DNA of 64,000 nt, from NCBI GenBank assembly GCA_963702425.1, contig CAVPCQ010000018.1, positions 64,001 to 128,000 on the forward strand, given 5' to 3'. The stretch is from an uncultured Acidobacteriota bacterium. GTDB lineage: Bacteria > Acidobacteriota > Polarisedimenticolia > J045. The notes under the pieces were generated by a model, which saw only the letters and a list, made by a program, of their open reading frames with translations, had not been told where the DNA came from and did no database searches. How positions within the stretch are numbered: position 1 is the first letter of the stretch; the number at the start of each line of letters is the position of its first letter. The position numbers were made by a program, and so were the translations under genes. This document shows, piece after piece, positions 50,875 to 61,189 of this stretch.

Positions 50875-51717
50875 TCAGCGCGCCCGGCGGACGACCCCGA
50901 CCACGTTCGGGATCGGCTGCGCCGGCAACTCCTGGTCCGCCTCGAGGAACCCCGCGTCGCTCAGTCCCACCAGCTCGATCTCCCGGCCGCCCGCGCCGAC
51001 CCAGAGCTGCGCGAGCGGGCCCCCCTCGGCATACATCGCGTTCCGGAGGTCGAGCGGCAGGGCGAGCAGGAACTCGACCAGGTCGTGGACCGGGTAGGGC
51101 GAGCGGGTGTGGATCAGCAGCACCCGCCCCTTCCCGTCGATCCCGATCGCGGCCACGCTGTGGCGCCGCGGTTGCTTCTCCCAGACGTTGCGGCGCGGCA
51201 GCGCGACCATGCGGATGCTCTGCACGGAGGCGCCGTAGGCCGCGGACAGTGCCTCGAAGTCCTGGGTGTCCCGGTCGACGATCTGCACCGGCGGCACCGC
51301 CGGTTCGAGCGGGTCGAAGACCAGCACCGACTTGTCGCGCGTCAGGCGCGGGTTGTTGACGTGTTCGCGGTTCTTGAGCAGCGAGACCGCCGTGCGCAGG
51401 TCGGCACCGAACATGCTCGCGTTGATCGCCGCGACCAGCCCTCTTGCCCGAGCCCACTCGCGTGCCGTCCGCGGCGTCCCCTCCGACGGCGCGGACGAGG
51501 CGAGGAGCTGGAGGTCGAAGTGCCGGGGGTCGACGCGCAGGACGCGGATGATCGAGTCGCCGCGCGGCGAGCGCTCGGGGGCCGGGAACTCGCCGTAGTC
51601 GAGTCCGGTCTCGAGCCTCTGCCAGGCCGGCGGGGCTGCGGGACGGCCGCCGCACGACGCCGCGAAGAGTGCGGCCGCGCACGACAGCAAGGCGAGCACG
51701 ATCGCCCGTCGCGTCAT
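50875..51717 (-). CDS. Phosphodiester glycosidase (NAGPA-like) family lipoprotein
   Basis: Lipobox AASC. AAINASMF, AAIGID..G, AMYAEGG. Confidence 0.65.
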   Translation of the reverse strand: MTRRAIVLALLSCAAALFAASCGGRPAAPPAWQRLETGLDYGEFPAPERSPRGDSIIRVLRVDPRHFDLQLLASSAPSEGTPRTAREWARARGLVAAINASMFGADLRTAVSLLKNREHVNNPRLTRDKSVLVFDPLEPAVPPVQIVDRDTQDFEALSAAYGASVQSIRMVALPRRNVWEKQPRRHSVAAIGIDGKGRVLLIHTRSPYPVHDLVEFLLALPLDLRNAMYAEGGPLAQLWVGAGGREIELVGLSDAGFLEADQELPAQPIPNVVGVVRRAR

Positions 51718-51749
51718 GCGGCGAGTCTACACCGCGGGCGCCGGGCTCC

Positions 51750-54461
51750 TCAGGGCAGGCAGTCGCCGCTTGCCGGCAGCCGCTCGCCCCCGCCCGATCC
51801 CCGCCCGTAGCTCGCCTGCGGCCCGTCCACCCCCACGCTTCCGCGCTGCAGGTAGAAGAAGGCAGCGCCCGCGGCAGGAATCCCCGCGTCCGTGCGCCCC
51901 TCGGTCGAATTGAGCGGGTCGTCGTCGGCCAGACAGACGACGGCGCCCAGCGTGACCGTGCCGCCGGCGCCCGAACCGAGGGCCGACACGTTGCCGCGGA
52001 TCACGTCGTAGCGCACCGGGCCCGACTCGACCGGCCACCGCACGAGCGTCGGCTCGCCGGGGACGACTTCGATCTGCGCCGGAGCGAGGCGGTCGATCAG
52101 CCAGATCTCGGACAGCAGGTCGGCGTTGCCGCGTGTGAAGTCGCCGAAGCCGGTGAACGCGGCCTGCTCGCCGTCGCGCGACGGGATCGCGCCGCCGCCG
52201 CCGCCGAAGAACGCGCCGAGGGCGGCCGCTCCCTCGACCACGCCGAAGCGCAGGCCACCGACGCGCTCGATCGCGCCCGTGGCGCGCACGACGCGGTAGA
52301 TGTCGGTCGGGCGGTCGGGGTCGTCTTCGAAGATCGGCGCGTCGGAGAGGAAATAGACGTACCGGCCATCCTCGCTGATCCGCGGACCCCCGGAGCCGCC
52401 GGTAGCGAACTGCGTCAGCTGGACGGTGGAGGCCGTGTCGGCGTCGTAGAGGAACAGCTCGGTGTTCCCCTCCGGGTTGGTGCCGAGCGGGTTGGTGGCG
52501 GAGGCCCAGACGACGAGGCGGCCGTCGCCGGAGATGTCGGGGCTGCGCGAGGAGAGCGTCGCGTCGCCGGTCAGGCGCTGCAGGAAGGCGCCGTCGGAGC
52601 GCACGCGCCAGATCTCGTAAGTGCCATCAGGGTTGCCGCCGTCGAGGTCGGCGTTCGACTCGAACGCGATCCAGGTCCCCGTCGAGTCGATCCGCGGCGC
52701 GCGGCTGGAAGGCGGGTTGTCCGGATCGGGGGCCGGGCTCGCCGTCAGCTGGACCAGGCCCGTCCCGTCGAGGTTGACCGCGAAGATCTCGCTCGAGGCG
52801 TCGATGTTGCCGCCCGTGAGGTCCGAGGTCGAGTCGAAGGCCACGCGCGAACGGTCGCTCGCGAGCGCCGGGCGTGCCGAGGACCCCGCGGCGGCGCTGG
52901 TCAGCTGTGCCAGGCCGCTTCCGTCGGCGTTGATCCGGAAGATCTCCCCGGTGGTATCGCCGTTGGTGCCGAGCGGGTCGCCGTCGGCGGCGTAGACGAT
53001 CGTCTGGTCATCGCCGCCGATCACGGGCCCCGAGACGCTGCCGAGCGCGGCGGCGGACACCTTGACGCGCTCGGTTCCGTCGCTCTGGACGCGCCACAGC
53101 TCGGCTTTGAGGCTCAGGCTGGCGGTGAAGGTGAAGTCGGTGGTGTAGGTGAACACGATCCGCGAGCCGTCGGGCGAGAGGTCGGGCGAGCCGATCAGGA
53201 GCGGCGAGGTGCTCGACAGCTGCCGGACGGTGCCGCCCGTGCCGGCCACGGAACAGAGCTCGGGGCTGCCGTCCGGGTTGCTGGCGTCGGCCCCGATCAG
53301 CCTGTAGAAGGCGACGCGGCTGCCATTGCCGGAGACCGTCGGGAGCAGCGAGCCGGCCGACAGCAGAGAGAAGGTCAGCGCCTGCAGCTGGGTGCCGTCG
53401 TTGCGGATCTTGAAGATCTCGAAGTTGCCGTCGAAGTTGGTGAAGATGTTGTTGTAGTTCGAGAAGAAGACGATCGTCACGCCGTCGTCGGTGATCGAGG
53501 GAGACTGCGAGGCCGGGGCGCCGAAGAGCTGGAGCAGCGCCGTGGTGTTCGTCACCTGGCGCAGCCCGGTCCCGGCCCAGTCGATCGCGAAGATCTCGGT
53601 GTAGAACTCGGCGTTGTTGGCCACCAGGTTGGCGTTGGACTGGAACGCGATCCGGTTGCCGCTCCCCGCCAGGTCCGCCGAGCTGCTGTCGTAGCCGACG
53701 GGCGTGGTCGTCAACTGGCGCAGGTTCGTCCCGTCGCCGGTCATCGCGAAGATCTCGCTGCCGAGGTCGGCGTTGGTCCCGAGCGGGTCCCCGTCGTAGC
53801 CGAAGGCGATCCGCGCTCCGTCGTCGCTGATCGAGAACTTGCCGAGCCCGCCGCTGGCGAAGCTCGTGAGCTGCTTCAGCCCGCTGCCGTCGCGGTTGAT
53901 CGCGAAGAGCTGGGTCCGGTTCTGCGGGTTGGTGCCGAACGGGTCGAGGTTGGCGCTGAAGACGATCTTCAGCCCGTTGCCCGACAGCACGACCGTGCCG
54001 ACGCTGCCCGCGACGGGCGAGGGATCGTTCGTCAACTGCGTGATCGCCGTGCCGTCGTTCCGCATCACGAACAGCTCGGAGCTGCGGTCGTAGTTCTGCC
54101 CGATCAGGTCGGCAGGCGAGGCGAAGGCGAGCCACTGGCCGTCGTCGCTGACCGACACGCTGGCCGCCACCCCTTCCCGGCGCGACGTGATCTGCGTCCC
54201 GGCGCCGGTCGCGGCGTCGAAGCGCACCACCTGGAAGCCGTGCGTCGGGTTCTGGCCGAGCTGATCGGTCGACGTGCCCGAGTAGACGACCGTCCCGGCG
54301 TCGTTGAGAGCGCCAGGCCCGGGAGCGCTGGTCAGCGTGAAGGTGACCTGCCGGACGACCTGCGCCCCGGACGGGAAACCGGACAGCAGGAGGAGGGTGG
54401 CGACGAGCGCCGGGCGCACGACGCGCAGCGCGACAGAGACGTCGGACAAGAGCGGCTTCAT
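51750..54461 (-). CDS. Secreted TolB-like/PD40 beta-propeller repeat protein with Cys-containing C-terminal domain
   Basis: Signal peptide; many S.DG..IAF.S..D..G.N.D...EIF....DG....QLT repeats. Confidence 0.85.
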   Translation of the reverse strand: MKPLLSDVSVALRVVRPALVATLLLLSGFPSGAQVVRQVTFTLTSAPGPGALNDAGTVVYSGTSTDQLGQNPTHGFQVVRFDAATGAGTQITSRREGVAASVSVSDDGQWLAFASPADLIGQNYDRSSELFVMRNDGTAITQLTNDPSPVAGSVGTVVLSGNGLKIVFSANLDPFGTNPQNRTQLFAINRDGSGLKQLTSFASGGLGKFSISDDGARIAFGYDGDPLGTNADLGSEIFAMTGDGTNLRQLTTTPVGYDSSSADLAGSGNRIAFQSNANLVANNAEFYTEIFAIDWAGTGLRQVTNTTALLQLFGAPASQSPSITDDGVTIVFFSNYNNIFTNFDGNFEIFKIRNDGTQLQALTFSLLSAGSLLPTVSGNGSRVAFYRLIGADASNPDGSPELCSVAGTGGTVRQLSSTSPLLIGSPDLSPDGSRIVFTYTTDFTFTASLSLKAELWRVQSDGTERVKVSAAALGSVSGPVIGGDDQTIVYAADGDPLGTNGDTTGEIFRINADGSGLAQLTSAAAGSSARPALASDRSRVAFDSTSDLTGGNIDASSEIFAVNLDGTGLVQLTASPAPDPDNPPSSRAPRIDSTGTWIAFESNADLDGGNPDGTYEIWRVRSDGAFLQRLTGDATLSSRSPDISGDGRLVVWASATNPLGTNPEGNTELFLYDADTASTVQLTQFATGGSGGPRISEDGRYVYFLSDAPIFEDDPDRPTDIYRVVRATGAIERVGGLRFGVVEGAAALGAFFGGGGGAIPSRDGEQAAFTGFGDFTRGNADLLSEIWLIDRLAPAQIEVVPGEPTLVRWPVESGPVRYDVIRGNVSALGSGAGGTVTLGAVVCLADDDPLNSTEGRTDAGIPAAGAAFFYLQRGSVGVDGPQASYGRGSGGGERLPASGDCLP

Positions 54462-54531
54462 GAGTTCTCCCCGGGCACTGCGCGCGCCCGGGAGTCTACG
54501 ACGGTAAGGGCGGGCGTGCCGCGGAAAGACC

Positions 54532-55590
54532 TCAGCGGTGACGCCGGGACCGCCGCGCGGCCTCGGGGCCTCCCAGCGGGAGGTGCGCCGCCGCGTCCAG
54601 CTCGTCCAGGTCGTCCTCGCCGGCGAGCAGGCGGGGAAGCCCGGCCTTCAGGATCATCGCGGCGTTGTCGGCGCAGTAGCGCGCCGGCGGGATCGAGAGC
54701 GCCAGCCCGTGGGCGTCGGCGAGCCGAGTGCACTCCGCCCCCAGGAGGCGGTTCGCGGCCACCCCGCCGGCGAGCACCAGGGCCCGCGGCCGCTCCGACT
54801 CGATCGCCTGCCGCGTGCGGCGCACCAGCTCGCGCACCACGGCGTATCGGAACGCTGCGACCAGGTCGAGCATCGCGGGGGGCGGCGGATCGTCGGGGTG
54901 GGCGAGCGGTGCGATGCCGCCCCGCTCGGCGTGAACCCGCGCCGCGGTCTTGTACCCGGAGAACGAGAAGGCCGGCTCCCCCTTCGTCCGCACCTCACCG
55001 AACGCCACCGCGAGCGGGTTCCCGTGCTCGGCCAGCCGGTCGATGACGGGGCCGCCGGGGTAGGGGAGCCCGAGCATCTTCGCGACCTTGTCGAAGGCCT
55101 CGCCGGCCGCGTCGTCTCGCGTGCGCGCGGTCTCGACGTAGACCCCCTGGGCCGCGATCCGCCACAACGCGGTGTGGCCCCCCGAGACGACGAGCGCCAG
55201 CGCCGGGTACGGAAGCGCGGGGCACTCGAGCCAGCCGGAGGCGATGTGCCCCTCGAGGTGGTTCACGCCGACGACCGGCAGCCCGCGCCGCAGCCCGAGG
55301 CCGCGCGCGTACGCCAGACCGACGAGCAGCGAGCCGACCAGTCCCGGCCCGCGCGTCACCGCGATCCCGGCGATCCGGTCCAGGCCGGTCCCGGCGTCAG
55401 AGAGCGCCCGCTCGACGACCGGGCCGATCGCCTCGAGGTGGTGCCGCGCCGCGATCTCGGGGACGACGCCGCCGTAGGGGGCGTGCAGCCGGACCTGCGA
55501 GGAGACGACCGACGAGCGGACGAAGCCGTGGCCGTCGAGGACCGCGGCGCAGGTGTCGTCGCACGACGACTCGATGCCTAAGAAGAGCAC
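54532..55590 (-). CDS. tsaD: tRNA N6-threonylcarbamoyladenosine transferase TsaD
   Basis: LGIESSCDDT, GGVVPEIAARHH, NHLEGH, VSGGHT, DDAAGEAFDK, GGVAAN, DNAAMI. Confidence 0.95.
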   Translation of the reverse strand: MLFLGIESSCDDTCAAVLDGHGFVRSSVVSSQVRLHAPYGGVVPEIAARHHLEAIGPVVERALSDAGTGLDRIAGIAVTRGPGLVGSLLVGLAYARGLGLRRGLPVVGVNHLEGHIASGWLECPALPYPALALVVSGGHTALWRIAAQGVYVETARTRDDAAGEAFDKVAKMLGLPYPGGPVIDRLAEHGNPLAVAFGEVRTKGEPAFSFSGYKTAARVHAERGGIAPLAHPDDPPPPAMLDLVAAFRYAVVRELVRRTRQAIESERPRALVLAGGVAANRLLGAECTRLADAHGLALSIPPARYCADNAAMILKAGLPRLLAGEDDLDELDAAAHLPLGGPEAARRSRRHR

Positions 55591-55671
55591 TCCGCGATTG
55601 TAGACACCCGGCCGCCTGACCGGCGCCCGGCGGCGGACCCGGCGGCGCGCAACCGTCGCGGGCGGGGCGAA

Positions 55672-55880
55672 GGGGTAATAGGCGGGGCCGGGGTCCCAGA
55701 TCGGGCCCAGGAAAGATACCGGCCCCGCCGTAAGCTCTTCGGAAGCCCCTGACCGGGAGGCCTGATCGGGGCGACAAGCCCCCCGGTTCGGGAGTATCCG
55801 TCTCGCCGTCCGCTTGGCCTCACGAGGCCCTCATGGGTCGGGGCGCTGCGGGCGGCGAGGAAAAGCCGTTGGCGAGCGCC
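55672..55880 (-). ncRNA. Candidate sigma-54-dependent structured RNA (~200 nt)
   Basis: Starts at the predicted +1 of a -24/-12 promoter. Four stem-loops, ending in an 11-bp GC stem. No credible ORF, and tsaD has its own -10. Confidence 0.5.
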
Positions 55881-55889
55881 AGACCCTTT

Positions 55890-55905
55890 TGCAAGAGCGG
55901 GGCCA
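55890..55905 (-). promoter_or_regulatory. Sigma-54 -24/-12 promoter
   Basis: TGGCCCCGCTCTTGCA, GG-N10-GC, divergent from a sigma-54 activator gene. Confidence 0.75.
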
Positions 55906-56048
55906 ATACCTGGAACGGGTGCCGGAAAGGCCCTGCCCGGCTGGACCCTCATGAGAAGATGCTTCAAGTACTTTTCGGTCAATTGTTTAGATTCTCCTGT
56001 GGGAACCGCTCCTCGGTTCCTGCCGGACGACCACCCCGTCTGTGGAGC

Positions 56049-56081
56049 GGGGAATATTTACCCGCCGTGGCATAATTCCCC
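56049..56081. promoter_or_regulatory. Putative tandem enhancer sites
   Basis: GGGGAATATTTACCC and GTGGCATAATTCCCC. IHF-like GGTCAATTGTTTA at 55977-55989. Confidence 0.5.
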
Positions 56082-56124
56082 TTATGGCGACCCGTCGTCC
56101 GTGCCCTCCTTCCGAGCCGAGCCG

Positions 56125-58095
56125 ATGACCGATCCGTCTCCGCGGACCCCCCCTCCTCCCGGCCCTCCGGAGGCGCTCGCCGCGCTCGAGCGGACCCTGT
56201 TCGAGGAAGCGATCGCGCTCGCTCTCGACGGCGCGGCCGAGGAGGCGGTGTCGGTGTTGCGCGAGGCACCGCACCGGCCCGACTCGCCCGAATGGGTGCT
56301 CGGCCTGGCACGCGCGCGGTTCGCACGCGACGCGGCGGGCGATCGCGCGCAGGCTCGCGAGGCGCTGCGCGCGCTCGCCGAAGCCGGCGGTGAGCACGCC
56401 TGGCGCGCCTGGCTTCAGCTCGCGCGGGACGCGCGGCGCGAGAAGCGGATCGACGCCGCCGCCGGGATGCTGAAGGCCGCTCTCGACGCCTTCCGCGCGA
56501 CCGCCGCCGGACAGGGCCCGGGGGCGGAACTGCTGGCCGATCTGCTCTCGCGCGAGGTGCGCCACCTCCGGGCCCGCTCCGCTACCGCGACCACCAGCGG
56601 CGAGAGCTCAGGGCCGCGCCGCGCGCTCGACGCTTCGGCGCTGCTGCGGATCGTTGAGTTCGGAAAGCGCGCCGCGACGATCACGGAGCCGCAGGAGATC
56701 CTGGCCCTGGTGCTCGAAGAGGCGATCGCGCTCTCCGGGACGGAGCGCGGGTTCATCGTACTCGTCGAGGGGGAACGGCTCGAGCTGGCGCTCTCGCGCC
56801 CGGTCGATCGCATCGACCCGAGCGCGCCGGAATTCGCGGTCAGCCGGACGCTGGTGCGGGAGGTCGTGCGGACCGGTCAGCCGGCCTACATCGAAGAGCC
56901 GTCGGAGAGCGGTGATCACCCGGCCGGCGCGAGCCTGACGGATCGCGGCGTGCGCGCGGTGGCCTGCGTTCCGATCATCAGCGCGGGGACGCTGGTCGGC
57001 GTGCTCTACGTCGATCACCGTACCCGGGTGCGTCAGATGGACGGCGCGACCGCTCACCTCCTGGAGCTGTTCGCGGGCCAGGCGGCGGTGGCGCTGGAAA
57101 ACGCCCGCGCGCACGCTGCGCACCGCCGCGCGCTCGAGACCGCCCAGGAAGCGCTGCGCCTGCGCCGCGAGGCGAGCGATCGCTCGTCGGAGTTCGAGCC
57201 ACTGGTCGGGCGCTCGCCGGCGATGGAGGACCTGTTCCTGCGACTCGAGCGGATCCTGCCGACCGACGCGCCGGTCCTCGTCCGGGGCGAAACCGGGACC
57301 GGCAAGGATCTCGTCGCGCAGATCATCCACCGTCGCGGTCCGCGCAGCCGTGGCGAGTACGTCGCCTTCAACTGCGCCGGCGTCCCGGAGAGCCTGCTCG
57401 AGGACCAGCTCTTCGGCCACGAGCGCGGGGCGTTCACCGGGGCGATCCAGTCCCACGCCGGCCTGTTCGAGGTGGCGCACCGCGGCACGCTCTTCCTCGA
57501 CGAGGTCGGCGACATGAGCCCGCGGATGCAGTCCGCGCTCCTGCGCGTGCTGGAGTCGGGCGAGGTGCGGCGATTGGGCGGTCGCGACACGATCGAGGTC
57601 GACGTGCGGATCCTCGCCGCGACGCACCGTGACCTCGAGGCGATGGTCGAGGAGGGGTCCTTCCGCCGGGACCTGTTCTTCCGCCTGAACGTGCTGTCGG
57701 TCTCGCTCCCTGCGCTGCGCGAGCGGGCGGTCGATCTGCCGCTCCTGATCGGTGCCCTCTGGACCCGGCTGCAGGGCGGCGAGCCGCCCGAATTCGCGCC
57801 CGAGGCGATGCAGCGTCTGATGGACTATCACTGGCCGGGCAACGTCCGGGAGCTCGAGAACGTTCTGGAGCGGCTGATCGCGCTGCGCGTCTCGCGGGTC
57901 ACGGTCGAGAACCTCCCGCCCGAGATCGCGGTCAACGCCCCGGTGACGGGCCGCGCGGGGACGCTGCGCGAGGCCGAGGAAGCGGCGATCCGGCGCGCGC
58001 TGGAGGAAGCGAAGGGGAACAAGGCGCTCGCGGCGCGGATCCTCGACATCGACCGCAAGACGCTCTACCTCAAGCTCAAGGCGACCGGCGGATGA
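56125..58095 (+). CDS. Sigma-54 activator with TPR-like and GAF domains
   Basis: Helical N-terminus, GAF (ERGFIVL...VGVLYVD), GETGTGKD, GAFTGA, WPGNVREL, HTH. Confidence 0.92.
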   Translation: MTDPSPRTPPPPGPPEALAALERTLFEEAIALALDGAAEEAVSVLREAPHRPDSPEWVLGLARARFARDAAGDRAQAREALRALAEAGGEHAWRAWLQLARDARREKRIDAAAGMLKAALDAFRATAAGQGPGAELLADLLSREVRHLRARSATATTSGESSGPRRALDASALLRIVEFGKRAATITEPQEILALVLEEAIALSGTERGFIVLVEGERLELALSRPVDRIDPSAPEFAVSRTLVREVVRTGQPAYIEEPSESGDHPAGASLTDRGVRAVACVPIISAGTLVGVLYVDHRTRVRQMDGATAHLLELFAGQAAVALENARAHAAHRRALETAQEALRLRREASDRSSEFEPLVGRSPAMEDLFLRLERILPTDAPVLVRGETGTGKDLVAQIIHRRGPRSRGEYVAFNCAGVPESLLEDQLFGHERGAFTGAIQSHAGLFEVAHRGTLFLDEVGDMSPRMQSALLRVLESGEVRRLGGRDTIEVDVRILAATHRDLEAMVEEGSFRRDLFFRLNVLSVSLPALRERAVDLPLLIGALWTRLQGGEPPEFAPEAMQRLMDYHWPGNVRELENVLERLIALRVSRVTVENLPPEIAVNAPVTGRAGTLREAEEAAIRRALEEAKGNKALAARILDIDRKTLYLKLKATGG

Positions 58096-59222
58096 GCGTG
58101 CCCGCAGCGCCCGCACGACGCCCCCGCGTGGCGACTGCCGTCGGGTGGTCCGGGATCGCCGCCGGGATCACCGCGGGCGCCGTCTTCCAGTTCCTGCGCA
58201 CCCGGCCGGCCCTCACCGAATCGGCCTACAGCGCCGGGCCCTACCCGCCGGTCGCCGGCACGCTGGCCGCGCTCTCTGCGCTCGTTCCGTTCTCGCTGGC
58301 CGAGCTTTCGTTCGCGCTGGTGGCGCTGGTCGTGCTCGCGGCGCCGATCCGCGGCTGGCGGCGGGCGCGGCGGAACTCCGGCACGCGCGGGCGGGCCGCG
58401 CTCGCCGCGCTGGTCACGCTCGCCGGCACAGCGGGCTGGACCTGGGCCCTGTTCCTGGCGCTGTGGGGCTTCAGCTACGCGCGCCCGCTTGCCGGCCAGC
58501 TGTTCGACCTGCCGAAGGCCGAGCGTGAGCGGGACGACCGGATGGTGGCGCGGATCCCCGGCATCCTCAGCGCCCTGCGCGACGGGCTGCCCGAAGACCG
58601 AGAAGGGGTCGTGGCGATGACTGAGGACCTCGCCGCCCTCGACCGGGAGCTCGCCGTCCTGCAGGCCGACGTCCTCGACCACGCGCGGCTGCCACGCGTC
58701 GCGGGCGGCCGGACCAAGCGCTTCGTCGCCAGCCCGCTGATGCTGCGCTGGGGCGTCTCCGGCGTGTACGGCCCGTTCACCGGCGAGCCCAACGTCGCGT
58801 TCCCCGCCGCCCCCGGGACGCTGCCGTTCACGGTCGCTCACGAGCGGGCGCACCTGCAGGGCTTTGCCTGGGAGGAGGACGCCAGCTTCGTGGCGCTGCT
58901 CACGCTCTGGCGCTCCGAGCGGCCGGAGCTGCGCTACGCCGGCTGGCTCGCGCTCTGGATCGAGCTGCAGCGGCCGCCGAAAGGCCTGTCGCCGGCGGTC
59001 CAGCGCGACCTTGCCGCGATCGGCTACTTCTACCGGGCGCACCGCGGTCGCGAGGCGCCGGCGGTGAACCGCGCCTACAGCGCGTACCTCGAGGCGCACG
59101 GGGTGAAGGGGGGCGTCGCCAGCTACGCGCGCGTCGCCGACCTCGCGCTGCGCTGGCTCGCGAAATACGGCGTTCCGGGCGCGGGCTACAGCCCCAGCGC
59201 GGACTCCAGCTCGTCGATGTGA
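58092..59222 (+). CDS. DUF3810 family membrane protein (HExxH)
   Basis: N-terminal TM helices. PFSLAE, GVYGPFTGEPNV, PFTVAHERAH..GFA.E..ASF. Confidence 0.75.
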   Translation: MSVPAAPARRPRVATAVGWSGIAAGITAGAVFQFLRTRPALTESAYSAGPYPPVAGTLAALSALVPFSLAELSFALVALVVLAAPIRGWRRARRNSGTRGRAALAALVTLAGTAGWTWALFLALWGFSYARPLAGQLFDLPKAERERDDRMVARIPGILSALRDGLPEDREGVVAMTEDLAALDRELAVLQADVLDHARLPRVAGGRTKRFVASPLMLRWGVSGVYGPFTGEPNVAFPAAPGTLPFTVAHERAHLQGFAWEEDASFVALLTLWRSERPELRYAGWLALWIELQRPPKGLSPAVQRDLAAIGYFYRAHRGREAPAVNRAYSAYLEAHGVKGGVASYARVADLALRWLAKYGVPGAGYSPSADSSSSM

Positions 59223-59965
59223 TCGATCACGAGGCTCGGCGGCGGGACGACGCGCGTCTCGGCGCCGGGCCGGTACTTCCCGGTCCGCACCAGCACCCCC
59301 GCGCCGAGCCCGGCCGCGACGGCGCCCGAGGCGTCGAATTCGGCGTCGTCGCCGCACATCGCGAGGCCCGCGAGCGGCACCCCCAGGCTGCCCGCGATCT
59401 GCCCGAACAGCAGGGGAGAGGGCTTACCGAGGTTCTCGAACGGAACCTCGGCCGCATAGGACAGGAACGCCGCCAGAGGGCCCGTGTCGGAGACCAGCCG
59501 GCCGTCCCGCTGGAACAGCCGGTTGGCCTGCAGCGTGTAGAGCCGCGCGCCGCCGAGCAGCGCCTCGATGGCCGGGGCGAGGTCGCCGATCGCGAGGCCG
59601 TGCCCCTCGGTCGCCAGCAGCACCGAGCGCGCCTGCTCCGGCGGGGTCGGACGGAACCACGACAGCTCCGGCAGCGAGTCGGGTGCGGCGAGCAGGATCC
59701 CCTCGCCGTGACCGCGCTCGGCGAGCACGACCCGCGCCACGGTCATCGGGTTGACGATGTCGTCCGCTTCGGCCCCGAACCCGGCCCGCGAGAGCGCATC
59801 GGCGAGCCAAGCCCGGGTGCGCGAGGTCGTGTTCGTGACGAAGCGCACCGGCACCCGGGCGCGCAGCCGGCGCACCGCCTCGATCGCGCCGGGGAGCGCC
59901 GTCCCGCCCACCCCGTCGGTCAGTGTGCCGTCGAGGTCGAGCAGCACGGCGCGGACGGCGGTCAC
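59186..59965 (-). CDS. HAD-IIA family hydrolase
   Basis: [31 protein letters not shown] start overlaps the mtnA stop. Confidence 0.88.
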   Translation of the reverse strand: MTAVRAVLLDLDGTLTDGVGGTALPGAIEAVRRLRARVPVRFVTNTTSRTRAWLADALSRAGFGAEADDIVNPMTVARVVLAERGHGEGILLAAPDSLPELSWFRPTPPEQARSVLLATEGHGLAIGDLAPAIEALLGGARLYTLQANRLFQRDGRLVSDTGPLAAFLSYAAEVPFENLGKPSPLLFGQIAGSLGVPLAGLAMCGDDAEFDASGAVAAGLGAGVLVRTGKYRPGAETRVVPPPSLVIDHIDELESALGL

Positions 59966-61179
59966 GGGAAGAGCTCCTCCTCGTCGTCGGAGCCCGCGCC
60001 GAAGTCCCTCGACGAAGACTCCTCGCCGTCGGACCCCTCGATGGCCAGTATGGCGGCGGTATCGGCCATTTCGATGGCCGTCTCGTCGTCGTCGTCGGCC
60101 CCGCGGAAGTCCGTTTCCTGCGGGGTGGGTTCCGCTTCGAGCCCGAGCAGCCGCGCGATCCCCGAGGCGAACGGCGGGCGCACGATCCCGGCCTCGGTGA
60201 CGATCGCAGTGACGAACGCGGCCGGCGTGACGTCGAACGCCGGGTTCCGCGCGGAGACCCCTTCGGGAGCCAGGCGCGCCCCGCCGAGGTGCGTCACCTC
60301 GTCGGCCGACCGCTCCTCGATCGGGATCATGTCGCCGGAGGGACACGCGGCGTCGAAGGTCGAGAGCGGGGCGGCGACGTAGAACGGCACGCCGTGCCGG
60401 CGCGCCAGCACCGCGAGCGGGTAGGTCCCGATCTTGTTGGCGACGTCGCCGTTGCGCGCGATCCGGTCGGCGCCGACGACGACCAGGTCGACCTCGCCGC
60501 GCGCGAGCAGCGAGCCGGCCATGTTGTCGGCGATGACCGTGACCGGGATGCCGTCCTTCTGGAGCTCCCACGCGGTCAGCCGTGAGCCCTGCAGATAGGG
60601 CCGGGTCTCGTCGGCGATCACGGAGATTTTCTTTCCCTCTTCGACCGCGGCGCGGACGACGCCCAGCGCGGTCCCGTAGCCACCGGTCGCCAGTGCGCCG
60701 GCATTGCAGTGCGTCAGCACGCGCGCGCCGTCGGGGACCAGCATCGAGCCGTGCCGCCCCATCGCGCGGTTGCCGGCGATGTCCTCGTCCTTGATCGCGA
60801 TCGCCTCGCGTTCGGCGCGATCGGCGGCTTCCGCCACGCTCGCCCCGTTTTCGAACGCGCGGTGCACGGCGTCGCGCACGCGCTCCACCGCCCAGGCGAG
60901 GTTGACGGCCGTGGGGCGCGCCGCGGTCAGCGTGGCCGCGGCGACGTCGAGCCGGGCCCGGAACGCCCCCTCGTCGAGCCCGCGCGCCGCGCGCGCCGCG
61001 AGCGCCATCCCGAACCCGGCCGCGATGCCGATCGCCGGGGCGCCGCGCACCACCATGTCCGTGATGGCCGTCGCCACGGCCTCGGGCGAGTCCAGCTCGA
61101 TCCACGTTTCCTGGTGGGGCAGCAGGCGCTGGTCGAGCAGCGCGACACCGTGGTCGCCGAACGTCACCGGTTCGATCAT
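59962..61179 (-). CDS. mtnA: S-methyl-5-thioribose-1-phosphate isomerase
   Basis: [60 protein letters not shown]. Confidence 0.95.
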   Translation of the reverse strand: MIEPVTFGDHGVALLDQRLLPHQETWIELDSPEAVATAITDMVVRGAPAIGIAAGFGMALAARAARGLDEGAFRARLDVAAATLTAARPTAVNLAWAVERVRDAVHRAFENGASVAEAADRAEREAIAIKDEDIAGNRAMGRHGSMLVPDGARVLTHCNAGALATGGYGTALGVVRAAVEEGKKISVIADETRPYLQGSRLTAWELQKDGIPVTVIADNMAGSLLARGEVDLVVVGADRIARNGDVANKIGTYPLAVLARRHGVPFYVAAPLSTFDAACPSGDMIPIEERSADEVTHLGGARLAPEGVSARNPAFDVTPAAFVTAIVTEAGIVRPPFASGIARLLGLEAEPTPQETDFRGADDDDETAIEMADTAAILAIEGSDGEESSSRDFGAGSDDEEELFP

Positions 61180-61189
61180 CGTTCCGTCC

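Noticed and set aside
55578-55982. 134-aa minus-strand ORF across the tsaD upstream region
   Set aside because: It has no RBS or motifs, low-complexity composition, and runs through the sigma-54 promoter; a non-coding reading fits better.
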